A stretch of 64,000 nucleotides of DNA, from positions 8,784 through 72,783 of IMG/VR virus record IMGVR_UViG_3300032316_001090. One strand, written 5' to 3'. Of the stretch, positions 1 through 10,849 are shown piece after piece. Every line of letters begins with the position of its first letter. Positions within the stretch are counted from its first letter, which is position 1. Both the position numbers and the translations under genes were made by a program. Origin of the DNA: a virus. The notes under the pieces are model-generated. The model was not told where the DNA came from, made no database searches, and saw only the letters and a list, made by a program, of their open reading frames with translations.

Positions 1-31
1 TGATTTGGGTAAATAAGATGTAGGAACAAAA

Positions 32-1090
32 ATGGCCATTACAAACTTTCCAGCTGAGCAGAATCCCGCAGTAGATCCAGAGCTGCCGCAGCCTGCTGGG
101 CAACAGCGGATTATCACACCATTTCCGGCCAACACCACAGTTGCACAAACTTCTGCCAGTGTTTTAAATGCTATTGCAGCAACAGGTGGAGCATTAAATG
201 CCAATACACTTCAGTCTTTTTTGGCCAATCAAGGTGCCGCAGCTGGTACACGTTTGCGTCAGCAGCAGGCTTTGCAGGCCAGCTACAATCAACCCTCCAA
301 TGGAGACTGGCGTGTTAAAATACGTCTAGCACCTGAGTCTACCTACCTTTACAGAAGTGCCCAGCCAGGAATCTTGGCACCACTGGCTGCCAGTGACGGG
401 GTGATATTTCCCTATACTCCCAGCATCAGCACATCTTACAATGCCAACTATGATGTTACTGATCTCACACATTCTAACTACCGTGGTCAATTTTACAAAA
501 ACAGCAATGTGGGTGATATCACTGTGACCGGCACTTTCACTGCACAAGACACTGTGGAAGCTGAATACGTGTTGGCTGTGATACATTTTTTCAGATCAGT
601 GACCAAGATGTTTTACGGCCAAGATCCCGAACGTGGCACGCCACCACCCTTGGTCTACCTCACTGGTCTGGGACAATTTCAATTCAACAATCATCCTTGT
701 GTGGTACGCAGTTTCAACTATGCCTTGCCCACTGACGTGGACTATATTCGCACACAACCCAATAACTTTGGTAACTTGTTGAATCGACGCACCCGAGAAA
801 TTGTTTCACCAGCCAACACCGTGGCATCCGTGCTGAGTCGGCTGGCCAATGCACGAGATATTCTGGGCAATATCTTGCAAAAAGGAGCCAAGCCTCCAGC
901 AGGATCGGACTTGGCCAACACTGGGTTGACCAGTCAGGCAGTGAGCAACACCAATCAGGCCACCTACGTGCCTACCAAACTGGAGATTTCTCTCATCCTA
1001 CTGCCCATTCAAACTCGCAGTCAGGTCAGCCAACAGTTTAGTTTGAAAGGATTTGCCAAAGGTGATTTATTGAAAGATGGGTTCTGGTAA
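32..1090 (+). CDS. virion structural protein (baseplate/tail-tube associated?), 352 aa
   Basis: Uninterrupted 1059-nt ORF heading a co-directional run of baseplate genes with overlapping stop/start junctions; no catalytic motifs recognised; role inferred from synteny only. Confidence 0.55.
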   Translation: MAITNFPAEQNPAVDPELPQPAGQQRIITPFPANTTVAQTSASVLNAIAATGGALNANTLQSFLANQGAAAGTRLRQQQALQASYNQPSNGDWRVKIRLAPESTYLYRSAQPGILAPLAASDGVIFPYTPSISTSYNANYDVTDLTHSNYRGQFYKNSNVGDITVTGTFTAQDTVEAEYVLAVIHFFRSVTKMFYGQDPERGTPPPLVYLTGLGQFQFNNHPCVVRSFNYALPTDVDYIRTQPNNFGNLLNRRTREIVSPANTVASVLSRLANARDILGNILQKGAKPPAGSDLANTGLTSQAVSNTNQATYVPTKLEISLILLPIQTRSQVSQQFSLKGFAKGDLLKDGFW

Positions 1091-1389
1091 TGGCCAACTA
1101 TGACGCAACCAGTCCCTACTATACCACGGGCTACAGCCAGTTTTTTCTGGATGTAATGAACAATCGTGTTATACCTCAGGAAAATGATGATGTGGCTTTT
1201 GAAATCAATCTCACTTATCAATACAGGCCTGATCTCTTAGCCCATGATCTCTATGACGATGCTCGACTATGGTGGGTGTTTTATCAACGCAACCCCAACA
1301 CACTGACTCGACCGCCCTTGGACTTTGCTGTTGGTGCAGTGATCTATCTGCCAAAGATTAGTACCTTGAAATCAGTGCTGGGATTCTAA
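1090..1389 (+). CDS. small hypothetical protein, 99 aa
   Basis: ATG overlaps the TAA of the upstream gene (taATGg) and the ORF ends 1 nt before the next ATG; translational-coupling layout. Confidence 0.5.
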   Translation: MANYDATSPYYTTGYSQFFLDVMNNRVIPQENDDVAFEINLTYQYRPDLLAHDLYDDARLWWVFYQRNPNTLTRPPLDFAVGAVIYLPKISTLKSVLGF

Positions 1390-1390
1390 C

Positions 1391-4231
1391 ATGGCCACTA
1401 TCAACTTGCTTGGCTCACCCACTGTGTTGCCTCCCACAGCGGAAGAGCAACGGAGACAAATATCAAATTACCAAAGCAGTTCTGGTGCAGGCAAAAACAC
1501 AGGTCAAGCCTTTGTAAACGCCACCAACACGTCGGTGTTGTCGGCCATCAGTCAATTCGACCCTGGTGTACAGCAAACAGTGTCAAAAGAGGATCAGGCC
1601 AGAACCAACACCACACAGACTCAGCAACAAACTGTGGCAACTGGCAACATTGATGCACTGGGCTTGATAACTCCTCAACCCAACATTCTGGATCAATTTG
1701 CCAGCACTGTATGGTCAGCTTCGGTGTATTTGTTGAGTCCAGCACAGTACACCGAACTAGTACGAAGTAAACAACGTTCGGTCAATGGCTACAATCTGCT
1801 GTTTCAAACTGGTGGTGCTGGTGTCAATGTGGGCGGACGTCAAGGTCGTGGCAGCCCGGTTGGTCAAGCACCCGGCAACAATGCACCCGATGCTGGCAGA
1901 AATCCAGCATTTGGTCAAGATTTTTATATTGATTCTGTGGAGTTTGAAAATCTTTTGCCTGGCAAAAGCACTCAAGCCGCACACAGTGTTTCCAGACTGA
2001 AATTCACAGTGGTTGAACCAGGCAGTATTACCTTGTTGGATCGTATGTATGCGGCTGTGCAAGACATGGCCCAGGCTCTAGACGAAACTGGGGCAGTAAA
2101 CTACACAGCCACACAGTACCTCATGGTCATGCGCTGGTACGGTTACGACATCAATGGCAATCTCATTGAAGCTCGCAATGCGGCCGATGATCGCGGAGTC
2201 AGCGACACCAAAGCCATAGTGGAAAAATTTATTCCTTTTTTAATCAGAAAAATTGACTGGAGCGTGAGTAGTCGTTTGGTGACCTATGAGTTTGAGTGTG
2301 CGCCAGTGGGACAAAGCGTGGCCGGCGGCACCAACCGAGGTACTGTGCCTTATGATGTACAGTTAAGTGCGCAAACTGTACAGGAACTGTTGAGTGGTGA
2401 CACTGTGTATGCCAGCTTGAGCAGCAGCCAACAACAAGATCCTTCAGGAAGAAGAACAGCCGCAACTGATCCTAGATCTTTCACAGCAGTCAACGTGGCA
2501 GAAACTCCCAGAGCCGCAGCTCCGGCCACACAAGCAGCGGTGCGGGCAGTGGACAATGCTATTGCTGCCAATGGCACGCCTCCGACCAAAACTAATGCTG
2601 CACCCACAAACAAAACCACACTCAAAAGTGGTCTGGCCTCGGCCATGACAAAATTTGCACAGGACCATGTAGATGTAAAAAAAGCATATACCAAGGCGGA
2701 CACTTACACAGTGATCTTTGACGCATCCGCCAAAGAAATTGCTGATGCCACTATAGTTTTGCCTGGCGCCAAGATCAATCAAGCGGCCACGCCCATGGGA
2801 GTCAGTGCCAGTGTCAATGCCAATCAGGCATTATCTCCCGCAGCCAATGGCATGGACATCAAGGCACAAAACTACAGTATCACGGCTGGCATGCAGATGG
2901 TCCAGGCCATTGATTTGGCTATTCGCAACAGCAGTTACATTTGGAATCAAGGGCTGTATATCATTGACAAGTATGGCAAACAAGTGCCCAATCCCAATGC
3001 TGGTCAAAATAAACCAATCAAATGGTACAAAATCAATCTTCAGGCCACTCCAGGTCAGTATGACAAAGCCAGAAATGATTTTGCCTATAACATTACCTAT
3101 GTGATCAGTGCCTATGAAATTCCCAACTTTGACAGCAAATATTTTCCATTGGGTAAATTTCGTGGTGTACACAAGCGATATCCCTATTGGTTCACAGGCG
3201 AAAACACAGCAGTGCTAGATTTCACAGCCAATTTCAATGCAGCCTACAATATGACCATATCTGGTGGTCCTGATCAAGAAAGTGCTGATGCACAACTGCG
3301 CCGACGACTAACCAGCAATACCAAAGACATTATAAAATACAGCTATGCACCTCGCAGCAGCGAAACTGCACAGGGAGGCCCAGTCAAAGGCACTGAGCAA
3401 CAAAGCAATGCTGCTGAGTATCTGTATGCTATTGATCAGCCAGGCGGCAGTGAACTTAGAATCATAGGAGATCCGGCATGGATTCAACAAGGTTCTTTGG
3501 TGGGAGGAGTCACTCCTGAAGATTTTAGTACAAGTGCATTTGGGCCTGATGGTACCATAAACTTTGATAGTAGTCAGGTGTTGTTTGAAATTGCCTGGCA
3601 AAGACCCGAAGACTATGACCTCGGCACTGGCGTGGCCAATCCTTATGCAAGACCAGGCAACACTCCCGGTCAACCACAACAAACCAATGTGTATCAGGCT
3701 ACTCGAGTGGTCAGCGAATTTCGTGGCGGACGATTTGAACAAGTGATCACTGGACTGTTGTATTATATTCCAGTGCCCAACAATCACAGTAACCCAGTCA
3801 CACTACAACCTACTGCCGGCGGAGGCCAGAGCACTGCACAGTTTGCTGCCACAGACGAACGGCGACTTGATCTCAATCGCACACCTGACACTTACTTTGC
3901 TCCAAGAGACAGCCTAGGCACTGGTGTGCGAGCTGATGCGTTGACTGCTGGGTTGGCCGTGGCTCGCAGTGCTGCCGCTGTAGTCACTGGCACCAAACCA
4001 GCACCAATATTTTCCACACCTGATTATTCAGCAGCAGCAATATCTGGCACAGCATCACCTGCAGTGTTGATTCAAAACACTGTGGGATTGCAGAATCCGC
4101 CAGAGCCAGCATCGGGTGGAGGAGTGACCTTGGGCACAGTGGCCGACACAGCACCAGTGTCACTGAGAGGTGCTGCGGTGATCAATGCAGCAGCACTACG
4201 ACCACCACAGGTCATGGCCAAAGATTTTTAA
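1391..4231 (+). CDS. large structural protein, 946 aa (Q/T/A-rich; baseplate hub/tape-measure-like by position)
   Basis: 2.8-kb uninterrupted ORF directly upstream of a gp5-like spike gene; low-complexity Thr/Gln/Ala-rich stretches typical of phage structural proteins. Confidence 0.6.
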   Translation: MATINLLGSPTVLPPTAEEQRRQISNYQSSSGAGKNTGQAFVNATNTSVLSAISQFDPGVQQTVSKEDQARTNTTQTQQQTVATGNIDALGLITPQPNILDQFASTVWSASVYLLSPAQYTELVRSKQRSVNGYNLLFQTGGAGVNVGGRQGRGSPVGQAPGNNAPDAGRNPAFGQDFYIDSVEFENLLPGKSTQAAHSVSRLKFTVVEPGSITLLDRMYAAVQDMAQALDETGAVNYTATQYLMVMRWYGYDINGNLIEARNAADDRGVSDTKAIVEKFIPFLIRKIDWSVSSRLVTYEFECAPVGQSVAGGTNRGTVPYDVQLSAQTVQELLSGDTVYASLSSSQQQDPSGRRTAATDPRSFTAVNVAETPRAAAPATQAAVRAVDNAIAANGTPPTKTNAAPTNKTTLKSGLASAMTKFAQDHVDVKKAYTKADTYTVIFDASAKEIADATIVLPGAKINQAATPMGVSASVNANQALSPAANGMDIKAQNYSITAGMQMVQAIDLAIRNSSYIWNQGLYIIDKYGKQVPNPNAGQNKPIKWYKINLQATPGQYDKARNDFAYNITYVISAYEIPNFDSKYFPLGKFRGVHKRYPYWFTGENTAVLDFTANFNAAYNMTISGGPDQESADAQLRRRLTSNTKDIIKYSYAPRSSETAQGGPVKGTEQQSNAAEYLYAIDQPGGSELRIIGDPAWIQQGSLVGGVTPEDFSTSAFGPDGTINFDSSQVLFEIAWQRPEDYDLGTGVANPYARPGNTPGQPQQTNVYQATRVVSEFRGGRFEQVITGLLYYIPVPNNHSNPVTLQPTAGGGQSTAQFAATDERRLDLNRTPDTYFAPRDSLGTGVRADALTAGLAVARSAAAVVTGTKPAPIFSTPDYSAAAISGTASPAVLIQNTVGLQNPPEPASGGGVTLGTVADTAPVSLRGAAVINAAALRPPQVMAKDF

Positions 4232-4240
4232 GGATCACGC

Positions 4241-5743
4241 ATGTCAGAAGAAATACAACGCAGTAGAGGTAGACCTCAAAATTACAAACCAGACCGCGGC
4301 GGTGCTCCCACTGAGTTTGGTCCATTTGCTGGAGTGGTCATGAACAACGTGGACGCTACCAGATCAGGACGACTGCAAGTGTACATTGAAGCATTTTCAG
4401 ACGGCGACCGCATGGACAGCAACAAATGGACCACAGTCAGCTACTTGCCTGGATTTTTTGGTTACACTCCTGCAGGCAACACCGCCGCAGAAGGAGTGGG
4501 CGAATACACACAAAATCAAAATTCCTACGGCATGTGGTTTACTCCGCCGGACATTGGAATCACTGTGCTGTGTGTGTTTGTCAATGGTGATAGACAGTTG
4601 GGTTTTTACATAGGAGTTGTTCCAGAATCTGGCCTGGGTCACATGGTACCTGCCATTGGCAGCAGCAGCAACTATTTGGCTACCAATAAAAATCAAGAAA
4701 CATATTTTTCTAATGCACCATTGTTGCCAGTCACTGAAGTCAATACTAACAACGATGTGTTGATCAACTCTAGCAGATTTTGGGACCAACAAAAACCTGT
4801 ACACAGTGTGGTGGCTCAGACTTTGTTTCAACAGGGTCTCAGCACAGACACCGAACGTGGTCCTATCACCAGCAGTAGCCAACGTGAAACTCCCAGTTCA
4901 GTGTTTGGCATATCTACTCCTGGCACACCAGTGTATCAAGGAGGCATGAAACCAGCAGACATTGCAAAAAAAATACAACAAAATCAACTGCGGCCCGAAG
5001 ATGCTGCTGTGATTTCTCGCAGGGGCGGCCATAGCTTGGTCATGGATGACGGAGATCTCACTGAGGCCAACGCTTTGTTCCGCCTGCGCACAGCCAAAGG
5101 TCATCAGATCATGATGAATGATTCGGGAAACTTTTTGCACATTATGCATGCCAACGGACAAACTTGGTTGGAGTTTGGCCAAGAAGGCACGGTGGATGTG
5201 TTTAGCACCAATTCTATCAATCTACGCAGTCAAGGAGACATCAATTTGCATGCTGATCGAGACATCAACATGTATGCAGGACGCAATTTCCAATGCCGTG
5301 CGCAAGAGAATGTCAAAATTGAAGCTGATATAGATCTCACAGTGACGGTGAAAAAAAATGTCACTGTGTACAGCAAGGCCACTGTTGGTATCAAAGCCGA
5401 CGGTGCCATGTCCTTGCAAAGCGCCAACGGCAGTTGGCAAGGAGGCGGATCGCTTAAATTTCAAGCCGGCGGCATTGATTTAAATGGACCCTCTGCACCG
5501 GCAGTGACTGCACCTACTCCTATACAAAAAACTCTTCTGGATGATGTAACCTTTAACAGCAGTCAGGGTTGGCAAGTTCTAAAAGATCAACTGAAGAGCA
5601 TTGTGACTCGAGCTCCCACTCACGAACCTTATCCTTATCACAACAAAGGTGTAGCTGTGGAAACCAAGTTTGAGCCCGGCAAACCTACTCCACCACCGGG
5701 CGCATCGCCAGTGCCAGCTGGTGTGGAGGTGACTGCCCAATGA
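4241..5743 (+). CDS. baseplate central spike/hub protein, gp5/VgrG-like (C-terminal beta-helix)
   Basis: N-terminal OB-like segment (RSGRLQVYIEAF) and a C-terminal run of short beta-strand repeats (INLRSQGDINLHADRDINMYAGRNFQCRAQENVKIEADIDLTVTVKKNVTVYSKATVGIKADG) resembling the gp5 needle. Confidence 0.5.
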   Translation: MSEEIQRSRGRPQNYKPDRGGAPTEFGPFAGVVMNNVDATRSGRLQVYIEAFSDGDRMDSNKWTTVSYLPGFFGYTPAGNTAAEGVGEYTQNQNSYGMWFTPPDIGITVLCVFVNGDRQLGFYIGVVPESGLGHMVPAIGSSSNYLATNKNQETYFSNAPLLPVTEVNTNNDVLINSSRFWDQQKPVHSVVAQTLFQQGLSTDTERGPITSSSQRETPSSVFGISTPGTPVYQGGMKPADIAKKIQQNQLRPEDAAVISRRGGHSLVMDDGDLTEANALFRLRTAKGHQIMMNDSGNFLHIMHANGQTWLEFGQEGTVDVFSTNSINLRSQGDINLHADRDINMYAGRNFQCRAQENVKIEADIDLTVTVKKNVTVYSKATVGIKADGAMSLQSANGSWQGGGSLKFQAGGIDLNGPSAPAVTAPTPIQKTLLDDVTFNSSQGWQVLKDQLKSIVTRAPTHEPYPYHNKGVAVETKFEPGKPTPPPGASPVPAGVEVTAQ

Positions 5744-6780
5744 GTATTTACAATTTTGTAAATCCTGCCAATGGTCAAAACTTTGAGATCAAAGGACCGC
5801 CAGGCCTGTCTCGAACACAAGCCAAAGCCATATTTGATCAACAAGTTCAGACTGGCAGTTTGGTGGGTTTCAACTCAGGTGATGTGCTTAGTGCTGCCAC
5901 ACAAGTTGTAGATCAATTGCCGGGTGCGCAGGCACAATTGTCTCAGGCTCTGTCAGGCCGCGGTGGAGATTTGACAGGGGTGATTAGAAACACACCAAGC
6001 ACAGGCGACATTGCTGGTCAGTCGCAGTTGGTTGCAACTCGGTTGCAGAGCAGTGTATCTTTTGTGGCAAACCAGCTGCCAGTTACCAATGGCATCAACA
6101 TAGCTGATTTTGCCAAACAAGGCCCAGCTCTTGTACCCATACAAAAACTGTCAGTGCCCGACGTGACCGCAGCCATGAGCTCAGTCAGTAAACTGGTATC
6201 ACAACCAGCAAGTGAAATTTCTAACAATTTAGGAGTGGGCAAGTTTGGTTTTGATGCCAAGCAATTAGAGGCAGCTGGCATACTCAAACCAGGCACAGCA
6301 TCAACTTGGTTAAGTCAAGGCACTAACTCTTTGACCGATGTATTGAAAAGTCCTGCGGTGTACACTGGCAAAAATGGCATCAACAATCTAGACAGTTTGT
6401 TAAGTTCAGTGCCCAAACAAGATCAGATACAACAACAATTGATGAGTCAAGGACTTGGCGCTGTGAGTGCAGCGGGCATTCCTGTTGCCCTGTTGAGCCG
6501 CGGTCCTCTAGCTGGCCTGGCCAATGCAGCAGCAAAAAGTGTGTCAGACACCTTGGCTTTGGCCAAGGGTTTGCCGTTGCCAGCTGGCATCAAATCTACA
6601 TTAGACAAATTTTTGCGCGATGGTGCATTTGCTGCAAACTTTTCTGCATTCAAAGTTAACAATCCCATGAAAGAATTCATTGTGCCCGTTGCGGCCGTAG
6701 ACACCACAGATCGAGTCACAGTGGATGCTGCCAGCCAACGCATTGTGGGCAACGACAAAGTTCCTGAATTCCAGTATTAA
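5740..6780 (+). CDS. hypothetical baseplate-module protein, 346 aa
   Basis: ATGA overlap with the upstream gene; position between the spike and gp25-like genes. Confidence 0.55.
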   Translation: MSIYNFVNPANGQNFEIKGPPGLSRTQAKAIFDQQVQTGSLVGFNSGDVLSAATQVVDQLPGAQAQLSQALSGRGGDLTGVIRNTPSTGDIAGQSQLVATRLQSSVSFVANQLPVTNGINIADFAKQGPALVPIQKLSVPDVTAAMSSVSKLVSQPASEISNNLGVGKFGFDAKQLEAAGILKPGTASTWLSQGTNSLTDVLKSPAVYTGKNGINNLDSLLSSVPKQDQIQQQLMSQGLGAVSAAGIPVALLSRGPLAGLANAAAKSVSDTLALAKGLPLPAGIKSTLDKFLRDGAFAANFSAFKVNNPMKEFIVPVAAVDTTDRVTVDAASQRIVGNDKVPEFQY

Positions 6781-6815
6781 AAAAATCTTGGTTCAAAATG
6801 CTGTGAGTTAAGCAC

Positions 6816-6823
6816 CATAAATA
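6816..6823 (+). promoter_or_regulatory. T4-like late promoter motif CATAAATA
   Basis: NATAAATA match 6 nt upstream of the gp25-like start codon; the spacing is unusually short. Confidence 0.3.
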
Positions 6824-6828
6824 TAGTC

Positions 6829-7203
6829 ATGACCACCTTTGTCGGCTTCAATACCATCGATCAATACAAAAAGTTTACACTCACAGACTTTGCATTGATT
6901 CAGCGAGATCTACTGAATGCATTCAACATTCGTCAAGGTGAATTGCCAGGACGTCCAGGTTACGGAACAGTGATATGGAACTATCTGTTTGAAAATCAAG
7001 TTGAACAACTGCAACAAAATATTCAGCAGGAGGTACAACGAGTGTGCGGTGGTGATCCTAGAATTGTGCTGAATGATGTACAGGTATTTCCACAAGAGAA
7101 TGGTATCTTGTTGCAGATCGAAGTCACAGTTTCTCAAACTACCACAGCCGAAATACTCAGTATATTTTTTGATCTGCAACAGCGCAATGCCAGTTATGTA
7201 TAA
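6829..7203 (+). CDS. baseplate wedge protein, T4 gp25 / P2 GpW-like
   Basis: 124 aa. GELPGRPGYGTVIWNYLFENQ...GGDPRIVLNDVQVFP...ILLQIEVTVSQ aligns by eye with T4 gp25 (GSRPFDPEFGCDLSDQLFEN...YEPRIDKLAVNVIPV...TLIVEIRFSV), including the LFEN and (D/E)PRI blocks. Confidence 0.8.
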   Translation: MTTFVGFNTIDQYKKFTLTDFALIQRDLLNAFNIRQGELPGRPGYGTVIWNYLFENQVEQLQQNIQQEVQRVCGGDPRIVLNDVQVFPQENGILLQIEVTVSQTTTAEILSIFFDLQQRNASYV

Positions 7204-7222
7204 CTGCGTGGTTTTTGTTGTA

Positions 7223-7230
7223 CATAAATA
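7223..7230 (+). promoter_or_regulatory. T4-like late promoter motif CATAAATA
   Basis: NATAAATA 19 nt upstream of the ATG at 7250, inside a 46-nt intergenic gap. Confidence 0.45.
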
Positions 7231-7249
7231 AACAACAGGCACGATCATA

Positions 7250-10200
7250 ATGGCAACAACCACAAGACAAACAGCAATATTTGGCGTTGAGGACTGGAAA
7301 CAGATCTATCAAACCTATCGCGAAGCTGACTTTCAAAGCTATGACTTTGAAACTCTACGCAAAAGTTTTATTGACTACCTACGCTTGTATTACCCTGAAA
7401 CTTTCAATGACTACATTGAATCATCAGAATTCATTGCTCTGCTAGACGTAATTGCATTTATGGGCCAGGCCCTGGCTTTTCGAACTGACCTTAACACAAG
7501 AGAAAACTATCTAGACACTGCTGAGCGCAGAGATTCTGTGGTGCGTTTGGCCAATCTTGTCAGCTACACTGCCAAGCGCAATACCGCGGCTCAAGGCTTT
7601 CTCAAAGTGTTCAATGTGACCACCACGGAAAACGTGGTAGACTACAACGGTGTGAATTTGTCCAATGTCACTGTAAACTGGGCCGATGCCACCAATCCAG
7701 ACTGGCAAGAACAATTTACTGCCATTATCAACGCCAGTCTAGTAGACAGTCAACGTGTGGGTCGCCCAGGCAATCGACAGACTATTTTGGGTGTGCGCAC
7801 AGACGAATATGGCATTAATCTTGTGCCAGGTTTTTTGCCAGTGATACCTTACACTGCCACAGTGGATGGAGTCAGCATGCCATTTGAAGCCATGACTTCA
7901 ACGTCGGTGGGTGAAGACTATGTGTATGAACCTGCGCCGGTTCCTAATACCACATTTAATATTTTGTTTAAAAATGATCAACTGGGGTTTCAATCAGCCA
8001 ACACCGGTTATTTCTTTTTGTTCAAACAAGGTATCCTGCAAAATCAAGATTTCAATCTAGCTGAGCGCATTGCCAACCGCACTGTGGACATCAACATTGA
8101 AGGTGTCAACAATGAAGACCGTTGGTTGTTTCAGTTGGATGATGTGGGCAATATTGCTCAACAATGGCAGTACACTGAAGACATCTATCAGGCTGCTGCT
8201 GAAAGAGCCACAACCTTGCAGTCAATCTACACAGTGACCAGCCGAGCCAATGATCAAATCACCATGGTATTCGGCGATGGTGTATTTTCTCAAATTCCTG
8301 TGGGCACGTTTCGAGCCTATGTACGGGCCTCAAATGGGCTGCAATACATTATCAATCCTGAAGAAATGCAAAATGTAGTGTTGCCTATTTCTTACACTGA
8401 TCGCAATGGCAATCTACAAACCATTACATTCACCTGCGGCATCACTCGGCCAGTGTCAAACAGCCAGGCACGCGAGCCCATTGCTGCCATTAAACAACGT
8501 GCTCCAGCACGTTACTACACTCAAAATCGCATGGTCAACGGTGAAGACTACAATCTGTTTCCTTATACTGCATACAACTCTATTATCAAAAGCAAGGCAG
8601 TGAATCGTGCATCTATTGGTACCAGCCGATATCTTGACTTGGTTGACAACACTGGCAAATATTCGTCAACCAATACATTTTCTAGTGATGGTGCATTGTG
8701 GCAGGAAAATATCTTGCCCACCATACTGTTTTCATGGACCAACCGCAATGAAATTGCAGATGTGATTACCAATCAAGTACAACCAACTCTGACTCAAGCA
8801 ACAGTCAAACAGTTTTACTATGCTAATTTTCCAAGGGTGACCAGTGCCACTGTTCCCATTGGTGTGACCTGGTTGCCTGGGTACACTTGGAATCAAAGTA
8901 CCACGCTGGCCAACGAAACCACAGGATACTTTAAAAACACCACAATCAGTACAACATTTCCCAGTGGCGCACCAATTCCCATTGGCGCCACAACTACCAC
9001 TATGTTTAAATACGCAGTGGTGGGCAGTTTGATTCAATTTGTGCCTCCTACAGGTTACTATTTTGATCGCAACAATCGACTGGCTCAGGGCACGCCCACT
9101 CGTGCAGGCGAAACTTTAGAGATTTGGGCCAGTTGTCAACAAATCATAGGTGACGGCAGCAACAATGGTGTTGGCAATCTGAGCACAGGATCGGGTCCTG
9201 TGACCATCAACAATTTTGTGCCCACAGGCGCAGTGGTCAATGCCATTATACCACTGTTTGTAACAGACTTGCCCACTTCTGTTGAACAGGCCATGGCCGA
9301 ACAAATTTTGTTGAATCGTAATTTTGGTCTAGGCTACGACAGCAACGGTGACATTACAGGCACACCCTATACCTGGTATGTGATTTTACAACAAAATTTA
9401 TACAGCACACAGCAAAACGGAGACCCTGCTACTTGGGCACAGATTCCTGAATCACCACAAGTAAACACTCCACCAAACGGCAACGCCGGAAACAACAATG
9501 GTATAAATTCAGATGCTTCCTGGCTGATCAAATTTGAAGTGCAAAATCAAAATTACACCATAACTTTTAGAGGGTTAAGCTATAGTTTTGGATCTGTACT
9601 ACAGACCAGATTTTTCTTTTACGAAGACCAGTTGGTATATGACAGTAGAACAGGCACAGTGATCAAAGACTTTGTCAATGTGCTGTCAGTCAACGCACAA
9701 CCCAACAGCACAGCACCATTGCCCGGCGATGTGATAATGACCATTATTGGTCAGCCGGTGGAAAGCGATGGTTACGTTGATGATTTTCAAGTACTGGTGG
9801 GTTACAGAGACAGTGACAATGATGGAGTTCCGGATAATCCTGATTTTTTCAATAACATTGTGGGCCCAGTGACAGCGTCCGGACCATTTGTATTTTTCCA
9901 ACAAACTGTGGATTTTGACAATTTGCAGAGATATCTATTGGTTGAGCCCGGACGTGTAAATTACAGCTACGGCACATTGGACCAAATTGAATTGGCCAAA
10001 ACAGAGTGGTCTCCAGGTCAAGTATTTTATGCATATGCTCAAAATTCTTTTTATGAACTGTTAATTAGTACCACAGGAGTGCGAACAATTGTGAGTGTGT
10101 CAGGATGGTTAGCACAAGGCGGCCGCCAGGCTCTGTATTTTCAATATCGTCACAACAGTCCTCTCAGCAACAGAATTGATCCAGGAACCACCAATATCAT

Positions 10201-10849
10201 TGATCTTTATGTAGTAACTCAAAGTTATTACACAGCTTATCAGAATTGGCTGCGCGATACCACAAACACTGTGCTGCAACCAGAAACGCCTACCATTGAT
10301 GAACTCAGTACAGAATATCAAAAATTACAAGATTATAAAATGATCAGCGATACTATGATTATTAATTCAGTACAGTTTAAACCTTTGTTTGGACCCAAAG
10401 CAGCTCAAGAACTACGAGCCACCATCAAAGTTATACGTGCTCAAAATTCCACAGCCAGTGTGAGTGAAATCAAAAGTTCTGTGTTGGCCGAAATCAACAC
10501 TTATTTTTCCATCGACAAATGGAATTTTGGAGATACCTTTTACTTCAGTGAGCTAGCAGCATATTTGCATCGACAACTGGGTTCTATTATTAGTTCTGTG
10601 GTGTTGGTGCCGTTGGACCAACAAAAAAGTTTTGGTGACCTATACGAAATACGCAGTCAGCCCAACGAAATTTTTGCCAATGGTGCCACCATTGACAACA
10701 TTGATGTTATTCAGGCTCTGACCAGCAGCAATTTACGCACTGCACCGGGCAGTGGTGTTGGAGGCGGTATAGCAACCACGGTAAATGGTACCAGCGCCAG
10801 TGGTACCAGTGTTAGTACCGGTGGCAGTGGTGGCGGTGGAGGCTATTAA
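7250..10849 (+). CDS. baseplate wedge protein, gp6/J-like (by synteny), 1199 aa
   Basis: Large ORF immediately after the gp25-like gene, matching the gp25-gp6 order of T4-like phages; C-terminal Gly/Ser/Thr-rich tail. Confidence 0.45.
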   Translation: MATTTRQTAIFGVEDWKQIYQTYREADFQSYDFETLRKSFIDYLRLYYPETFNDYIESSEFIALLDVIAFMGQALAFRTDLNTRENYLDTAERRDSVVRLANLVSYTAKRNTAAQGFLKVFNVTTTENVVDYNGVNLSNVTVNWADATNPDWQEQFTAIINASLVDSQRVGRPGNRQTILGVRTDEYGINLVPGFLPVIPYTATVDGVSMPFEAMTSTSVGEDYVYEPAPVPNTTFNILFKNDQLGFQSANTGYFFLFKQGILQNQDFNLAERIANRTVDINIEGVNNEDRWLFQLDDVGNIAQQWQYTEDIYQAAAERATTLQSIYTVTSRANDQITMVFGDGVFSQIPVGTFRAYVRASNGLQYIINPEEMQNVVLPISYTDRNGNLQTITFTCGITRPVSNSQAREPIAAIKQRAPARYYTQNRMVNGEDYNLFPYTAYNSIIKSKAVNRASIGTSRYLDLVDNTGKYSSTNTFSSDGALWQENILPTILFSWTNRNEIADVITNQVQPTLTQATVKQFYYANFPRVTSATVPIGVTWLPGYTWNQSTTLANETTGYFKNTTISTTFPSGAPIPIGATTTTMFKYAVVGSLIQFVPPTGYYFDRNNRLAQGTPTRAGETLEIWASCQQIIGDGSNNGVGNLSTGSGPVTINNFVPTGAVVNAIIPLFVTDLPTSVEQAMAEQILLNRNFGLGYDSNGDITGTPYTWYVILQQNLYSTQQNGDPATWAQIPESPQVNTPPNGNAGNNNGINSDASWLIKFEVQNQNYTITFRGLSYSFGSVLQTRFFFYEDQLVYDSRTGTVIKDFVNVLSVNAQPNSTAPLPGDVIMTIIGQPVESDGYVDDFQVLVGYRDSDNDGVPDNPDFFNNIVGPVTASGPFVFFQQTVDFDNLQRYLLVEPGRVNYSYGTLDQIELAKTEWSPGQVFYAYAQNSFYELLISTTGVRTIVSVSGWLAQGGRQALYFQYRHNSPLSNRIDPGTTNIIDLYVVTQSYYTAYQNWLRDTTNTVLQPETPTIDELSTEYQKLQDYKMISDTMIINSVQFKPLFGPKAAQELRATIKVIRAQNSTASVSEIKSSVLAEINTYFSIDKWNFGDTFYFSELAAYLHRQLGSIISSVVLVPLDQQKSFGDLYEIRSQPNEIFANGATIDNIDVIQALTSSNLRTAPGSGVGGGIATTVNGTSASGTSVSTGGSGGGGGY

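Noticed and set aside
1548-3787. Several 60-160-aa ORFs on the - strand and alternative + frames inside 1391..4231 (e.g. 1757..2062, 2350..2703, 3308..3787)
   Set aside because: They lie fully within a long, well-supported ORF on the opposite strand or in another frame, are not in the co-directional tightly coupled gene run, and show no motifs; they are most likely shadow ORFs.
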